Both the position numbers and the translations under genes were made by a program. 64,000 bases of DNA, from the NCBI GenBank assembly GCA_963815255.1, contig CAWFGH010000009.1:132541-196540 (forward strand), written 5' to 3'. Positions within the stretch are counted from its first letter, which is position 1. Every line of letters begins with the position of its first letter. The notes below the pieces were generated by a model. The model saw only the letters and a program-made list of their open reading frames with translations. It was not told where the DNA came from and searched no databases. This DNA comes from an uncultured delta proteobacterium. GTDB taxonomy: Bacteria; Desulfobacterota; Binatia; Binatales; Binataceae. Below are positions 22,921-34,827 of the stretch, one piece after another.

Positions 22921-23976
22921 ATGAAAGCTGCCGTAATGGAAGGCGTTCGCAAACCGCTGGTTGTCAGGGACATGCCCGATCCGGAGTGTCCTCCCAATGG
23001 CGCGATTCTCAAGACCGCCGCGGAGGGTATCTGCCGCTCCGACTGGCATCTGTGGTCGGGCGATTGGACGTGGGTCGGACTTACGCCGACGATGCCGATG
23101 GTTATGGGGCACGAGTTCTGCGGCGTGGTCGAGGAAACCGGCAAAGAGGTCAAGGACTTCAAAAAGGGTGACCGCGTCCTGGTCCCATTCAGCCAGGGCG
23201 ACGGCACCTGCGAGTATTGCCGCAGCGGCCACTCCAACATCTGCAACACCCCGCTGATCCCGGGAGTCACCTATTATGGCGGCTATGGTTCGTACGTCGG
23301 GATCCCGTTCGCCGACCTCAACCTGGTCCGTATGCCTGACGCGGTGGGCTTTCTCGAAGGGGCGTCGCTGGGATGCCGCTTCATGACTTCGTATCACGGA
23401 ATCGTCGACCGCGCGCAAGTGCGGCCGGGCGAATGGGTCGCGGTGCACGGCTGCGGCGGAATCGGACTTGCGGCGATTCAGATCGCGTCCTCGATCGGCG
23501 CCAACGTTATCGCGGTCGATCTCGACGGACGCAAGCTTGAATTGGCGAAAGAGGTCGGTGCGAGCCATATCGTAAACGCCAAGGCCGGCGATCCGGCGGC
23601 GGAGATCGTGGACATCACCAAGGGCGGCGCGCATGTCTCGGTCGACGCGCTGGGCGTCGCTGCCACCTGCCGCAACTCGATCAACAGCCTGCGCAAGCAG
23701 GGACGCCATCTCCAGATCGGGCTTACGACGCAGGCCGAGAAGGGTGAGATCGCGGTGCCGATCGATAAAATGGTGCTGATGGAACTGCAAATCGTCGGCA
23801 CGCTCGGGATGCAATCGACGCGTTATCCCGGGATGCTCCAGATGGTCGAGGCCAAGAAGCTCAATCCCAAGGCGATGATCACCGGCACGGTCGGGCTGGA
23901 CGGCGCCTCGAAAATTCTCGAGGAGATGACTAACTTCCAGAACGTCGGCGTTACGATTATCGATTACAAGATCTAG
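22921..23976 (+). CDS. Zinc-dependent alcohol dehydrogenase
   Basis: GICRSD, GHEFCG, structural Zn site D..C..C.......C, LGCRF and GCGGIG. Confidence 0.92.
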   Translation: MKAAVMEGVRKPLVVRDMPDPECPPNGAILKTAAEGICRSDWHLWSGDWTWVGLTPTMPMVMGHEFCGVVEETGKEVKDFKKGDRVLVPFSQGDGTCEYCRSGHSNICNTPLIPGVTYYGGYGSYVGIPFADLNLVRMPDAVGFLEGASLGCRFMTSYHGIVDRAQVRPGEWVAVHGCGGIGLAAIQIASSIGANVIAVDLDGRKLELAKEVGASHIVNAKAGDPAAEIVDITKGGAHVSVDALGVAATCRNSINSLRKQGRHLQIGLTTQAEKGEIAVPIDKMVLMELQIVGTLGMQSTRYPGMLQMVEAKKLNPKAMITGTVGLDGASKILEEMTNFQNVGVTIIDYKI

Positions 23977-24002
23977 CTCGCGGCGTTCGCGGTTTCGTTT
24001 TC

Positions 24003-24029
24003 GGAGAGGGTCCAGCGCGGACCCTCTCC
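24003..24029. terminator. Perfect 11-bp hairpin after adh (terminator-like or REP-like)
   Basis: GGAGAGGGTCC-AGCGC-GGACCCTCTCC with only a short T-run after it. Confidence 0.45.
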
Positions 24030-24085
24030 CCGTTTGTGGCGGCGCGCGGGCCTCGCGCCGGCGCACGATGGAGGATGTTCCAGCG

Positions 24086-27377
<3,292 letters not shown>

Positions 27378-27416
27378 AAGGTACGCGGAGCACGAAGTAA
27401 AAGGTAAAAGTGACCG

Positions 27417-27788
27417 ATGTTTTTTGAAGGAATCGCGTGGGCGCAAAGCGCGGCCGCTCCTTCGGCGGCAGGCCAGCCGACGCTTATCGATCAACTGCTG
27501 TATGGGCCGGGAGTGCCGTTCTCGCTCCTGATCCTCGCCTTCTACTGGTTCTTTTTGCGCCCGCAAACCACCAAGGCGCGCGAGCATCGCGACATGCTCG
27601 CCAAACTCAAGCGCAACGACGAAGTGGTGACCACGGGCGGGCTTTTGGGGCGGATCAATGAGATCGGCGACAAAGTGGTGGTCCTGGAGATCGCGCCAAA
27701 CGTGCGCGTGCGGGTCGAGCGCAGCCAGATAACCGCGCTCTCCAGCTACGGCAAGCCTCCGGTGGGAAAGAATCAGAAGGCGGAGTAA
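27417..27788 (+). CDS. yajC: Preprotein translocase subunit YajC
   Basis: FYWFFLRPQ and LKRNDEVVTTGGLLG; lies between tgt and secD. Confidence 0.92.
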   Translation: MFFEGIAWAQSAAAPSAAGQPTLIDQLLYGPGVPFSLLILAFYWFFLRPQTTKAREHRDMLAKLKRNDEVVTTGGLLGRINEIGDKVVVLEIAPNVRVRVERSQITALSSYGKPPVGKNQKAE

Positions 27789-27808
27789 TACGGGCGCCCA
27801 TTCGGGAT

Positions 27809-27877
27809 CAAAAGCTTCGCCGCACAAAAGCTTCGCCGAATTCAATTGGAAAAGTGGAAAAGTGAAAAGTGGAAAAC
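27809..27877 (+). repeat. Short tandem repeats before and overlapping the secD start
   Basis: CAAAAGCTTCGCCG twice (27809, 27825), then TGGAAAAG TGGAAAAG TGAAAAG TGGAAAAC (27847-27877). Confidence 0.8.
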
Positions 27878-29542
27878 GCTAACGCAAACGCCGATTTCAT
27901 CCCGATAATCATCCTGCTCGCGGTAGCGGGCGCTTTTTTGTGGCTGCACTTCACCGGCGGCAGCGGCCGCACCCGGCTCTATCTGGCCGGGATATTGACC
28001 GTGCTGGCGGTGCTGATCCTGCTGCCCAGCGTCACCGGCGCGCTGCCCGATTGGTGGACGAGCACCATCCCGACACCGAAAATCCAGTTGGGGCTCGACC
28101 TCCAGGGCGGCACGCATCTTTTGCTCGAGGTCAAACTCGACGAGGCGGTCAAAACCCAGTTGCGCCGCGTCGCCGACGACATCAAGCAGCAGATGAAGCA
28201 GAACAAGCTCGACTTTAAGAGCGTCACCGTCGATCCTTCGGGTGCAGTGCTGGTGACCTTGGCGAGTGCGGACGAGCGGACGGCCTTTCTCGATCTCGCG
28301 AGCAAGCTTTTTTCCGACATGGTCATCGGGCTTGCGCCCAACTCCGGTGACACCGGACCGACCTACCGGATGACCTATCGGCCGATGGAGTTAGAACAGG
28401 TACGGCGCAATGCGATGGAGCAGGCGCTCGAGACCATCCGCAACCGAATCGACCAGCTTGGAGTTCGCGAGACCACGATCGCCCAGGAGGGCACCGACGA
28501 GATTCTGGTGCAGCTCCCCGGTATCCAGGACCCCGAGCGCGCCAAGGAGCTGATCGGCAAGACCGGCGTGCTGCAGTTCAAGCTGGTCGACGATAGTCAT
28601 TCGGTCTCCGACGCATTGCGCGACGGCCCGCCGCCAGGTGATGAAATCCTTTACGGCCCCGCCAGCCGTGGCGGCCGTGAGCCCTACCTGGTCGAGTCCG
28701 CCGTACTGCTCACCGGCGACACCATCACCGACGCGCGCGTGCGTCCCGGCGGGCAGCTTGAAGGTCCGTATGTCACCGTCGACCTCGACCAGCGCGGCGC
28801 GCAAATTTTCGGCGCGATCACGGCGGCCAACGTGGGCCGCAAGATCGCGATCGTGCTCGACAACGTCGTTTACTCTGCTCCGGTCATCAGAGAGCCGATT
28901 CCCGGCGGCCACGTGCAGATAACCGGCAACTTCACCTATGACGAGGCGCACGAACTGGCGATCGTGCTGCGCTCGGGCGCGCTGCCGGCGCCGGTGGAGA
29001 TTATCGAAGAACGCACAGTCGGACCGTCGCTGGGGCGCGACTCGATCCGCCAGGGCGAGCGATCGTTCGTGGTCGGCGCGCTGGTAGTGCTGACCTTCAT
29101 GGCCGTGTACTACAGCGGAGCCGGCTTGCTCGCCGACTTTGGACTCTCGCTCAACATCCTGCTGCTCATCTGCGTGATGGCGGCGATGCAGGCGACGCTG
29201 ACGCTGCCCGGAATCGCCGGGATCGTGTTGACGCTCGGAATGTCGGTCGACGCCAACGTGCTGGTCAATGAACGGATGCGCGAGGAGTTGCGCGGGGGCA
29301 AAACGCCGCGCGAGGCGGTCCGCCTCGGCTACGAACGCGCGTGGTCCGCGATTCGCGACTCCAACATCTCGACCTTCGTCGCGGGCCTGATCCTGTTCCA
29401 ATTTGGCACCGGGCCGGTCAAAGGCTTCGCGGTCACGCTCTGCGTGGGCGTGCTGACCGGCGTGTTCTCGTGCTTCGTAGTGACGCGGGCGTGGTACGAT
29501 TACCTGATCTCGATGCGCCGACTGAATGCTATAAGCGTCTAA
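27869..29542 (+). CDS. secD: Protein translocase subunit SecD
   Basis: LGLDLQGG, IRNRIDQLGV, VQLPG, LRSGALPAP, VGPSLG, GMSVDANV and GPVKGFAVTL. Confidence 0.96.
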   Translation: MENANANADFIPIIILLAVAGAFLWLHFTGGSGRTRLYLAGILTVLAVLILLPSVTGALPDWWTSTIPTPKIQLGLDLQGGTHLLLEVKLDEAVKTQLRRVADDIKQQMKQNKLDFKSVTVDPSGAVLVTLASADERTAFLDLASKLFSDMVIGLAPNSGDTGPTYRMTYRPMELEQVRRNAMEQALETIRNRIDQLGVRETTIAQEGTDEILVQLPGIQDPERAKELIGKTGVLQFKLVDDSHSVSDALRDGPPPGDEILYGPASRGGREPYLVESAVLLTGDTITDARVRPGGQLEGPYVTVDLDQRGAQIFGAITAANVGRKIAIVLDNVVYSAPVIREPIPGGHVQITGNFTYDEAHELAIVLRSGALPAPVEIIEERTVGPSLGRDSIRQGERSFVVGALVVLTFMAVYYSGAGLLADFGLSLNILLLICVMAAMQATLTLPGIAGIVLTLGMSVDANVLVNERMREELRGGKTPREAVRLGYERAWSAIRDSNISTFVAGLILFQFGTGPVKGFAVTLCVGVLTGVFSCFVVTRAWYDYLISMRRLNAISV

Positions 29543-29700
29543 TAGATGCTATGATAGGTTAATTGCGGCACAGAAGCCTTGCGACAGGATGCCGGACCCC
29601 GGTCGTCGTTCCACGATGGCGCGACGGATGGCGTTTTGCCACAATGCCTTGACTTGATCGAAGGGTTCATATTAAAAACCGCGAGCTTTAGAGCACGACC

Positions 29701-29895
29701 ATGGCAGACAAAGACGACGTGCTTTTGAACTCACGGGAAGTGGCTTTTCTGCTCGATCTGAGCCCCGACACGGTCAACGAATTCGCACGCCGCAGTATTC
29801 TGCCCGCGTTCAAGAAGGGACGTCAGTGGCGTTTTCGCAAACGCGACATCGCCTCCTTCAAACGCCAGACGCGGGGCATCAACGCGGCAGCCTAG
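29701..29895 (+). CDS. Small excisionase/BldC-like helix-turn-helix DNA-binding protein
   Basis: LLNSREVAFLLDLSPDTV...LPAFKKGRQWRFRK matches the HTH_17 pattern. Confidence 0.8.
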   Translation: MADKDDVLLNSREVAFLLDLSPDTVNEFARRSILPAFKKGRQWRFRKRDIASFKRQTRGINAAA

Positions 29896-29983
29896 CGCCG
29901 GGATAGAAAGTTTTGGGGGGTCGCGATGCGCGCGCCGTAACCGCGGCGGCGTAATCCGCAGAGAGGGTTGAGGTTTACTAGCG

Positions 29984-30604
29984 ATGGGCGAACCGCATCA
30001 GAGCCGCGTCTATTCCGACTTGGCGCGTTTTTACGACCACACCTTCGGACGAATTTTCGTCGACCACGAACACGAGACAATCGAGCAGCTCAATCTGCGG
30101 CCGGGGCAGCAGGTGCTCGAAGTCGGCGTGGGCACCGGCATTTCGCTCGACGCCTATCCGCCCTACGTCAAGGTCGTGGGCATCGATCCCTCCGGCGACA
30201 TGCTTGCGCACGCGGTCAAGAAGACCCGCGAGAACGGCTGGGGCCATATTGATGTCCGCCAGGGCGACGCGCTCAACCTCGAGTTTCCGGACAACAGCTT
30301 CGATTGGGTGACGACCTTTCATGTGATGTCGGTGGTACCGGATCCGCTGCGCATGATGCAGGAGATGTTGCGAGTGTGTAAGCCGGGCGGCAAGATTGTC
30401 CTCATCAACCATTTCGCGAGCGAAAATCCGCTGCTCTACTCGCTGGTATGGATCGCCAATCCGCTGACCAGACATCTCGGATGGACCACGCGGCTACTCG
30501 TACGCGACGTGCTCGACGGCCACAAGATCAGCGTCGAGCGCAACGAACGTATCGCGCGCTTCTCGTTCCATCGCGTCGTGATCGCCACCAAGCTGGCGGC
30601 CTAG
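29984..30604 (+). CDS. Class I SAM methyltransferase, PmtA-like (phospholipid N-methyltransferase)
   Basis: Y...A.FYD..FG, VLEVGVGTGISL, SVVPDP, RVCKPGG and NHF.SEN. Confidence 0.7.
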   Translation: MGEPHQSRVYSDLARFYDHTFGRIFVDHEHETIEQLNLRPGQQVLEVGVGTGISLDAYPPYVKVVGIDPSGDMLAHAVKKTRENGWGHIDVRQGDALNLEFPDNSFDWVTTFHVMSVVPDPLRMMQEMLRVCKPGGKIVLINHFASENPLLYSLVWIANPLTRHLGWTTRLLVRDVLDGHKISVERNERIARFSFHRVVIATKLAA

Positions 30605-30626
30605 CGGTCGACATTAGAGGCAGCTT

Positions 30627-31382
30627 TTGCGCCACTGGCCCCGCCTCGTAGTCATCGCTCGCACTGCCGCGGCCGCATTCATAACCATCGCATCGCTGAC
30701 GCTCGCGGCGCGCGCCCGCGCCTACCAGGCCGAGAACGTCAAGGACGGCGGTACTATCGCCGGCACGGTCAAATTCGCCGGTGCGCCGCCCGCGCGCAAG
30801 CCGATCGAAGTCAGCAAGGACCGCGAAGTATGCGGCGCCGCGCCACTCTATGACGAAAGCCTGATCGTGGACGCCGGCGGCGGTATCGCCAACGCCGTCG
30901 TGAGCCTCGCCGACATCGCCAAGGGCGTTCCGCTGGTTCCGCTCAAGGATGTAAAATTCGATCAGAAGGGCTGCCAGTACAGGCCGCACGTGCTCGCCTT
31001 TCCTGCGGGCAGCACGGTCGCTATCGTCAACTCCGACGGCATCCTGCACAGCGTCCGCACCGAGTCCAAACGCAACCCCGCGCTCGACATGGCGCAGCCG
31101 CCGTTCAAGCACGTGATCGTGACCCCGCCGCTCAAATATCCGGAATTGATCGGCGTGAGCTGCGACGCGCACAACTGGATGCATGGATGGTGGTTCGTGG
31201 CCGGCAATCCGTACTATGCGGTGACTGACGGCAGCGGCAAGTTTATGATCAAGGACGTTCCGCCGGGGAAGTACACGCTCGAGGTGTGGCAGGAAAAGCT
31301 CGGGACACAAACGCGGAAGGTGACGGTCGAGCCGGGCAAAACAGCGACGGTCGACTTCACGATGGCGCCCGCGAAGGAATGA
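30627..31382 (+). CDS. Exported protein with a cupredoxin-like core and a carboxypeptidase-regulatory-like domain
   Basis: Signal peptide, GGTIAGTV, DQKGCQY.PHV, NSDGILHSV, CDAHNWM and DVPPGKYTLEVWQE. Confidence 0.7.
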   Translation: MRHWPRLVVIARTAAAAFITIASLTLAARARAYQAENVKDGGTIAGTVKFAGAPPARKPIEVSKDREVCGAAPLYDESLIVDAGGGIANAVVSLADIAKGVPLVPLKDVKFDQKGCQYRPHVLAFPAGSTVAIVNSDGILHSVRTESKRNPALDMAQPPFKHVIVTPPLKYPELIGVSCDAHNWMHGWWFVAGNPYYAVTDGSGKFMIKDVPPGKYTLEVWQEKLGTQTRKVTVEPGKTATVDFTMAPAKE

Positions 31383-31427
31383 TCCTGTGGCGCTGAGAAT
31401 CCTGAAAAGACGGGTGAAAGTGAAGCG

Positions 31428-31802
31428 ATGGCACTGCTGAAACGGTTCGATACGCTCGAAGTTGCGACCACCGATCTTGCAGACGCGGTAAAGACCTACC
31501 GCGAGAACTTCGGCTTCGAATTGACGCCCGGTTCCAGCGGCGACAGCGCGACGCTCAGGGTGGGCGGTGCGGAAATCCGGCTGGTCGCGGGCGCCGCGGC
31601 GGCGCAGGCGATCGCCGCTATCGGCGAGGGGCTTTCGGGGCTTTGGCTGGAGGCGGACGACGTCGCGCAGGTCGCGGCGGCACTAAGGAACGCGGGTATC
31701 GAGCCTCCGGCGCCGAAGATCGATCATGGACGCCGGGTGCTCGCGCTCGATCCGAAGATCGCGAACCAGGTCCCGCTGTTCATCTTCGACCGCAAAGCCT
31801 GA
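31428..31802 (+). CDS. VOC/glyoxalase-fold protein
   Basis: DLADAVKTYRENFG, GEGLSGLWLEADDV. Resembles methylmalonyl-CoA epimerase but lacks the His metal ligands. Confidence 0.6.
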   Translation: MALLKRFDTLEVATTDLADAVKTYRENFGFELTPGSSGDSATLRVGGAEIRLVAGAAAAQAIAAIGEGLSGLWLEADDVAQVAAALRNAGIEPPAPKIDHGRRVLALDPKIANQVPLFIFDRKA

Positions 31803-31810
31803 GCGCAGAA

Positions 31811-32281
31811 TCATCTAACACCGGCGGCAGATGCGCGCCTGGCGATCTCCTCGGGCGCGACATCTTCCTTGTGCGTCGCGATGAACCAAGCGAGGCCGAA
31901 CGGATCCTCGACCGCCCCGACGCGATCGCCATAAAATTCATCCTTGACGGGAGTGCGCACGTTCGCGCCCGCGGCGACCGCCCGATTGAACAGCGCATCG
32001 ACGTCTTCAACGTAGAGATAGACGCTGACCGGAGAGCCGCCAAGAGCCTGGCAACTGCGCATTTCGGGGAATTCCGGGAACTCATCGCCGAGCATGATTG
32101 GCGAGTCTCCAATCCTGATTTCGGCGTGCCGGATTTTTCCGTCGGGCTCGGCCATCCGCATCAGTTCGACGGCGCCAAATGCGCGCTTGTAGAACTCCAC
32201 CGCGCGGGCAGCGTCTCTAACGGTGAAGTACGGCGTGACGGTATGATAGCCGTCCGGGATCGCTTTCACTTTGCCTGCCAT
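31811..32281 (-). CDS. VOC family protein (PhnB-like)
   Basis: IPDGYHTVTPY, AVEFYKRAFGA, HAEIRIGDS and FYGDRVGAVEDPFG. Confidence 0.9.
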   Translation of the reverse strand: MAGKVKAIPDGYHTVTPYFTVRDAARAVEFYKRAFGAVELMRMAEPDGKIRHAEIRIGDSPIMLGDEFPEFPEMRSCQALGGSPVSVYLYVEDVDALFNRAVAAGANVRTPVKDEFYGDRVGAVEDPFGLAWFIATHKEDVAPEEIARRASAAGVR

Positions 32282-32342
32282 TGATTTTTACCTCTACCGA
32301 TTCCTGCGTCGTCAGCGTATGCGACAATCTTGCGCGCCCTCC

Positions 32343-33176
32343 CTACACTTCAGTACGAAAGAGCGCGCGCACGCTCGCTTCGAGTTGGCGCGTCAGCGCC
32401 TCGCGGTCGGCGCCGCGCAGTTCCGTGGTATCGATCGGCGGCCCAATCGCCATGCGCATCCGCCGCCCCGGCCGCACGATTCGCGCGCCACGCGGAAAAA
32501 AGCTGGCCGTTCCGCTGACCGCCATCGGCACGCATTTTTGCCGCGTCGCGATCCCGAGCCACGCCGCGCCGTCGTTGAACGGATGTACCCGGTTGTCGCT
32601 GAAGCGCGTGCCCTCGGCGAAAACCACGATCGAAAAACCCTCCCGCGCGATCTTGAGCGCCTTGCGGATTGCCTGACCGCCCTTTGCGCGGTCGATCATG
32701 ATGTGCCCCGAACGGCGCATCGCCAATCCCAGCACCGGGATTTTCCCCAGCTCCTGTTTCGCCACGAAGCGCGGCTCCCCCGGCATCCAGGCACAGATCG
32801 CAAAGATGTCGAAGAAGCTTTGATGGTTGCAGACCAGCACGTAAGATTTCAGGCCGGCGAGATGCTCGAGTCCGTCGATCTCGACCTTGACGCCGCTGGT
32901 GTGCACGATAAGCCATCCCCACAGACGGCTGATCGGTGTGGCCAGATGCGGATAGCCGAGCAGGCCGACCAGCGCGGCGCACGGCGCGAGGGCCGCGGTG
33001 TAGAAAACCGCCAACGCCGTCGCCGTGGCACCCCATATAAATTCGACTACGCCGCGTTGCGGTGGCGGCGACGGCTCGGGCGCGGGATTAGACCCTGTGG
33101 TTTCGCTGGCCGTCGTTTGGGCAAGATCGTTAGAGGCCGGATCGTTAGGGGCCGGATCGTCGGCAAGTGGCGGCAT
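32343..33176 (-). CDS. plsC: 1-acyl-sn-glycerol-3-phosphate acyltransferase
   Basis: NHQSFFD (HX4D), FVAKQEL, IDR and FAEGTR. Low-complexity N-terminus with DPAPN/DPASN repeats. Confidence 0.85.
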   Translation of the reverse strand: MPPLADDPAPNDPASNDLAQTTASETTGSNPAPEPSPPPQRGVVEFIWGATATALAVFYTAALAPCAALVGLLGYPHLATPISRLWGWLIVHTSGVKVEIDGLEHLAGLKSYVLVCNHQSFFDIFAICAWMPGEPRFVAKQELGKIPVLGLAMRRSGHIMIDRAKGGQAIRKALKIAREGFSIVVFAEGTRFSDNRVHPFNDGAAWLGIATRQKCVPMAVSGTASFFPRGARIVRPGRRMRMAIGPPIDTTELRGADREALTRQLEASVRALFRTEV

Positions 33177-33302
33177 CGCGCGCATTCCTCAGGAACAACT
33201 GCGTAACAGCTTTCGCGATGCGCGGGCAACAGGCGCCGCAGAGCGGTGAGAAATTCGAACTAACGCGGGAGAGGCTGCGCGATACGCGAGCTGACCTTGC
33301 CG

Positions 33303-34124
33303 TCAGCCGCCGCCGGCGCATCGTCGCGTTTGCGTCTGCGCGGGCCGAGCCGGCGCGAACAACGCAAGCGCCGCGAGTCCCAGCATCACGCCCTGCGCCG
33401 CGAGCGTTTGCACGGTTGGAAAGAGTCCCAGCGCCTGGATAGTCGGCACGTGATCGACGAAAGTCGCGCGCATTACGCCTGATTCCTGGAAGCTCGAAAT
33501 TCCCTGGCCGACGAAAATCACCGCCAGTCCGTAGAGCAGCACTGAGGTCGCGGTGAAGAACGAGCCGAGCGGGATGCGAAACGCCGCCTTGCGCAGGACC
33601 AGGAAAATTACGCCCAGTGCTACCGCGCCCGCCAGCAATCCCGCCATCACCGCATGACGCTCGACGGTTTCAGTCGCTCCGCCGAGCAGCGCCTGGAAGA
33701 AGACTATGGTTTCGGCGCCCTCGCGCATCACGGCCAAAAACGCCGTCAGTCCGAGCGCGATTGACGGCCCGGCGATGTCGCGCGACGCTTCGACCTTGTC
33801 GTGCAGGAAGTGGCGCCAGCGGTCGCTCTGGCCGCGCGCGGTCAGCCAGGAACTGACGTAAAAGAGCGTCGCCGCGGCGAGCAACTGGAAAATGCCCTCG
33901 AGCGTGTCGCTGGTGTCGTCAGCAATAAGGTGGTTGACAGCCCACGCGAGCACAAGGCTGACTCCAATTGCGAGCAAGGCGCCGGCGTAGATATCGCGCG
34001 CGCGTCGCTCCTGTCCGGCCTCGCGCACCGCGGCAAGCAGCGCAACGACGACCAGCAAGGCTTCCGAGCCCTCGCGCACCAGGATGCCCAGGGAATACAA
34101 AAAGTAAGGTAAGACGGTGGGCAA
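33303..34124 (-). CDS. FTR1-family iron permease
   Basis: Two REGxE motifs (REGSEA, REGAET), GQGISSFQE and LGLFPT. Confidence 0.9.
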   Translation of the reverse strand: MPTVLPYFLYSLGILVREGSEALLVVVALLAAVREAGQERRARDIYAGALLAIGVSLVLAWAVNHLIADDTSDTLEGIFQLLAAATLFYVSSWLTARGQSDRWRHFLHDKVEASRDIAGPSIALGLTAFLAVMREGAETIVFFQALLGGATETVERHAVMAGLLAGAVALGVIFLVLRKAAFRIPLGSFFTATSVLLYGLAVIFVGQGISSFQESGVMRATFVDHVPTIQALGLFPTVQTLAAQGVMLGLAALALFAPARPAQTQTRRCAGGG

Positions 34125-34154
34125 CTTGAGATTCCTTAGACGAGCGCCTTTCTG

Positions 34155-34177
34155 TAATTGAGAACCATTCTCAATTA
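34155..34177. promoter_or_regulatory. Fur-type operator upstream of FTR1
   Basis: Perfect inverted repeat TAATTGAGAA-CCA-TTCTCAATTA, 30 nt upstream of the iron permease; resembles Fur boxes. Confidence 0.75.
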
Positions 34178-34358
34178 AGAATATTACGCCCGCGATTGCG
34201 ATGTCAAGGCAACGTCGTCGCGCGTCCTTGGAAAAAGCGGCTTGCCGCAGTTCATGGGCCGGTGTACTTTCAAAATCAGAGCGGGGCAGCGGGCCTGTGG
34301 CAGGCGCGCGCGCCCGCTTTCGCTTTCGGAGCTATGGGAGGTCGGCTGAAACCAGCGC

Positions 34359-34721
34359 ATGCGCTGCCTCTATTGCCGGCGATGGGCCGGACTGATTCGC
34401 CGGACCTGCCCGGTCTGCGGCAAGGTCATCAGCATCGTCGAGCGGGCCGGCGGCACGGTGGGATTGGTCGGCCTGGTGGATATTTTCGCTGCCGAGGGAC
34501 TGACGCGCGAGCAGGTGGATCGGGTGCTCGACGCGCAGGTGGGCGGGGAGCCGACGCTGCGCGACCGTTTGACCTCGGAGTTGACCAACGTACTGATGCG
34601 GGGGCTGGGGATGCCCGGGCGGCAGTCGCCCGAGGACGTGCGCCGGGTACGTGGCTCGATGCGTGCGGGCGGCGGCGAGGGTACCTGGCGAGCCGGTGAC
34701 AAACCGCCCGAGATAACTTGA
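34359..34721 (+). CDS. Hypothetical protein with an N-terminal Zn ribbon
   Basis: CLYC...CPVC, then a helical domain; host-like codon usage. Confidence 0.6.
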   Translation: MRCLYCRRWAGLIRRTCPVCGKVISIVERAGGTVGLVGLVDIFAAEGLTREQVDRVLDAQVGGEPTLRDRLTSELTNVLMRGLGMPGRQSPEDVRRVRGSMRAGGGEGTWRAGDKPPEIT

Positions 34722-34764
34722 TGGATGTCTTGATTGGAATCTTGGTTGGGAACTTGACTGGAAA
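34717..34764 (+). repeat. 4 x 12-bp degenerate tandem repeat
   Basis: CTTGATGGATGT / CTTGATTGGAAT / CTTGGTTGGGAA / CTTGACTGGAAA. Confidence 0.8.
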
Positions 34765-34827
34765 TGTGCCGCGCAGGAGTTTCGAGTTTCGATTTGAATC
34801 GACGCGTGCATCGACGGAGAGGAATTG

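Noticed and set aside
29701-29895. Prophage or ICE marked by the excisionase-like gene
   Set aside because: No integrase, phage or conjugation genes and no att pair in the window.
34717-34764. CRISPR array or replication iterons
   Set aside because: Units are 12 bp with no spacers; no cas or rep gene and no DnaA boxes seen.
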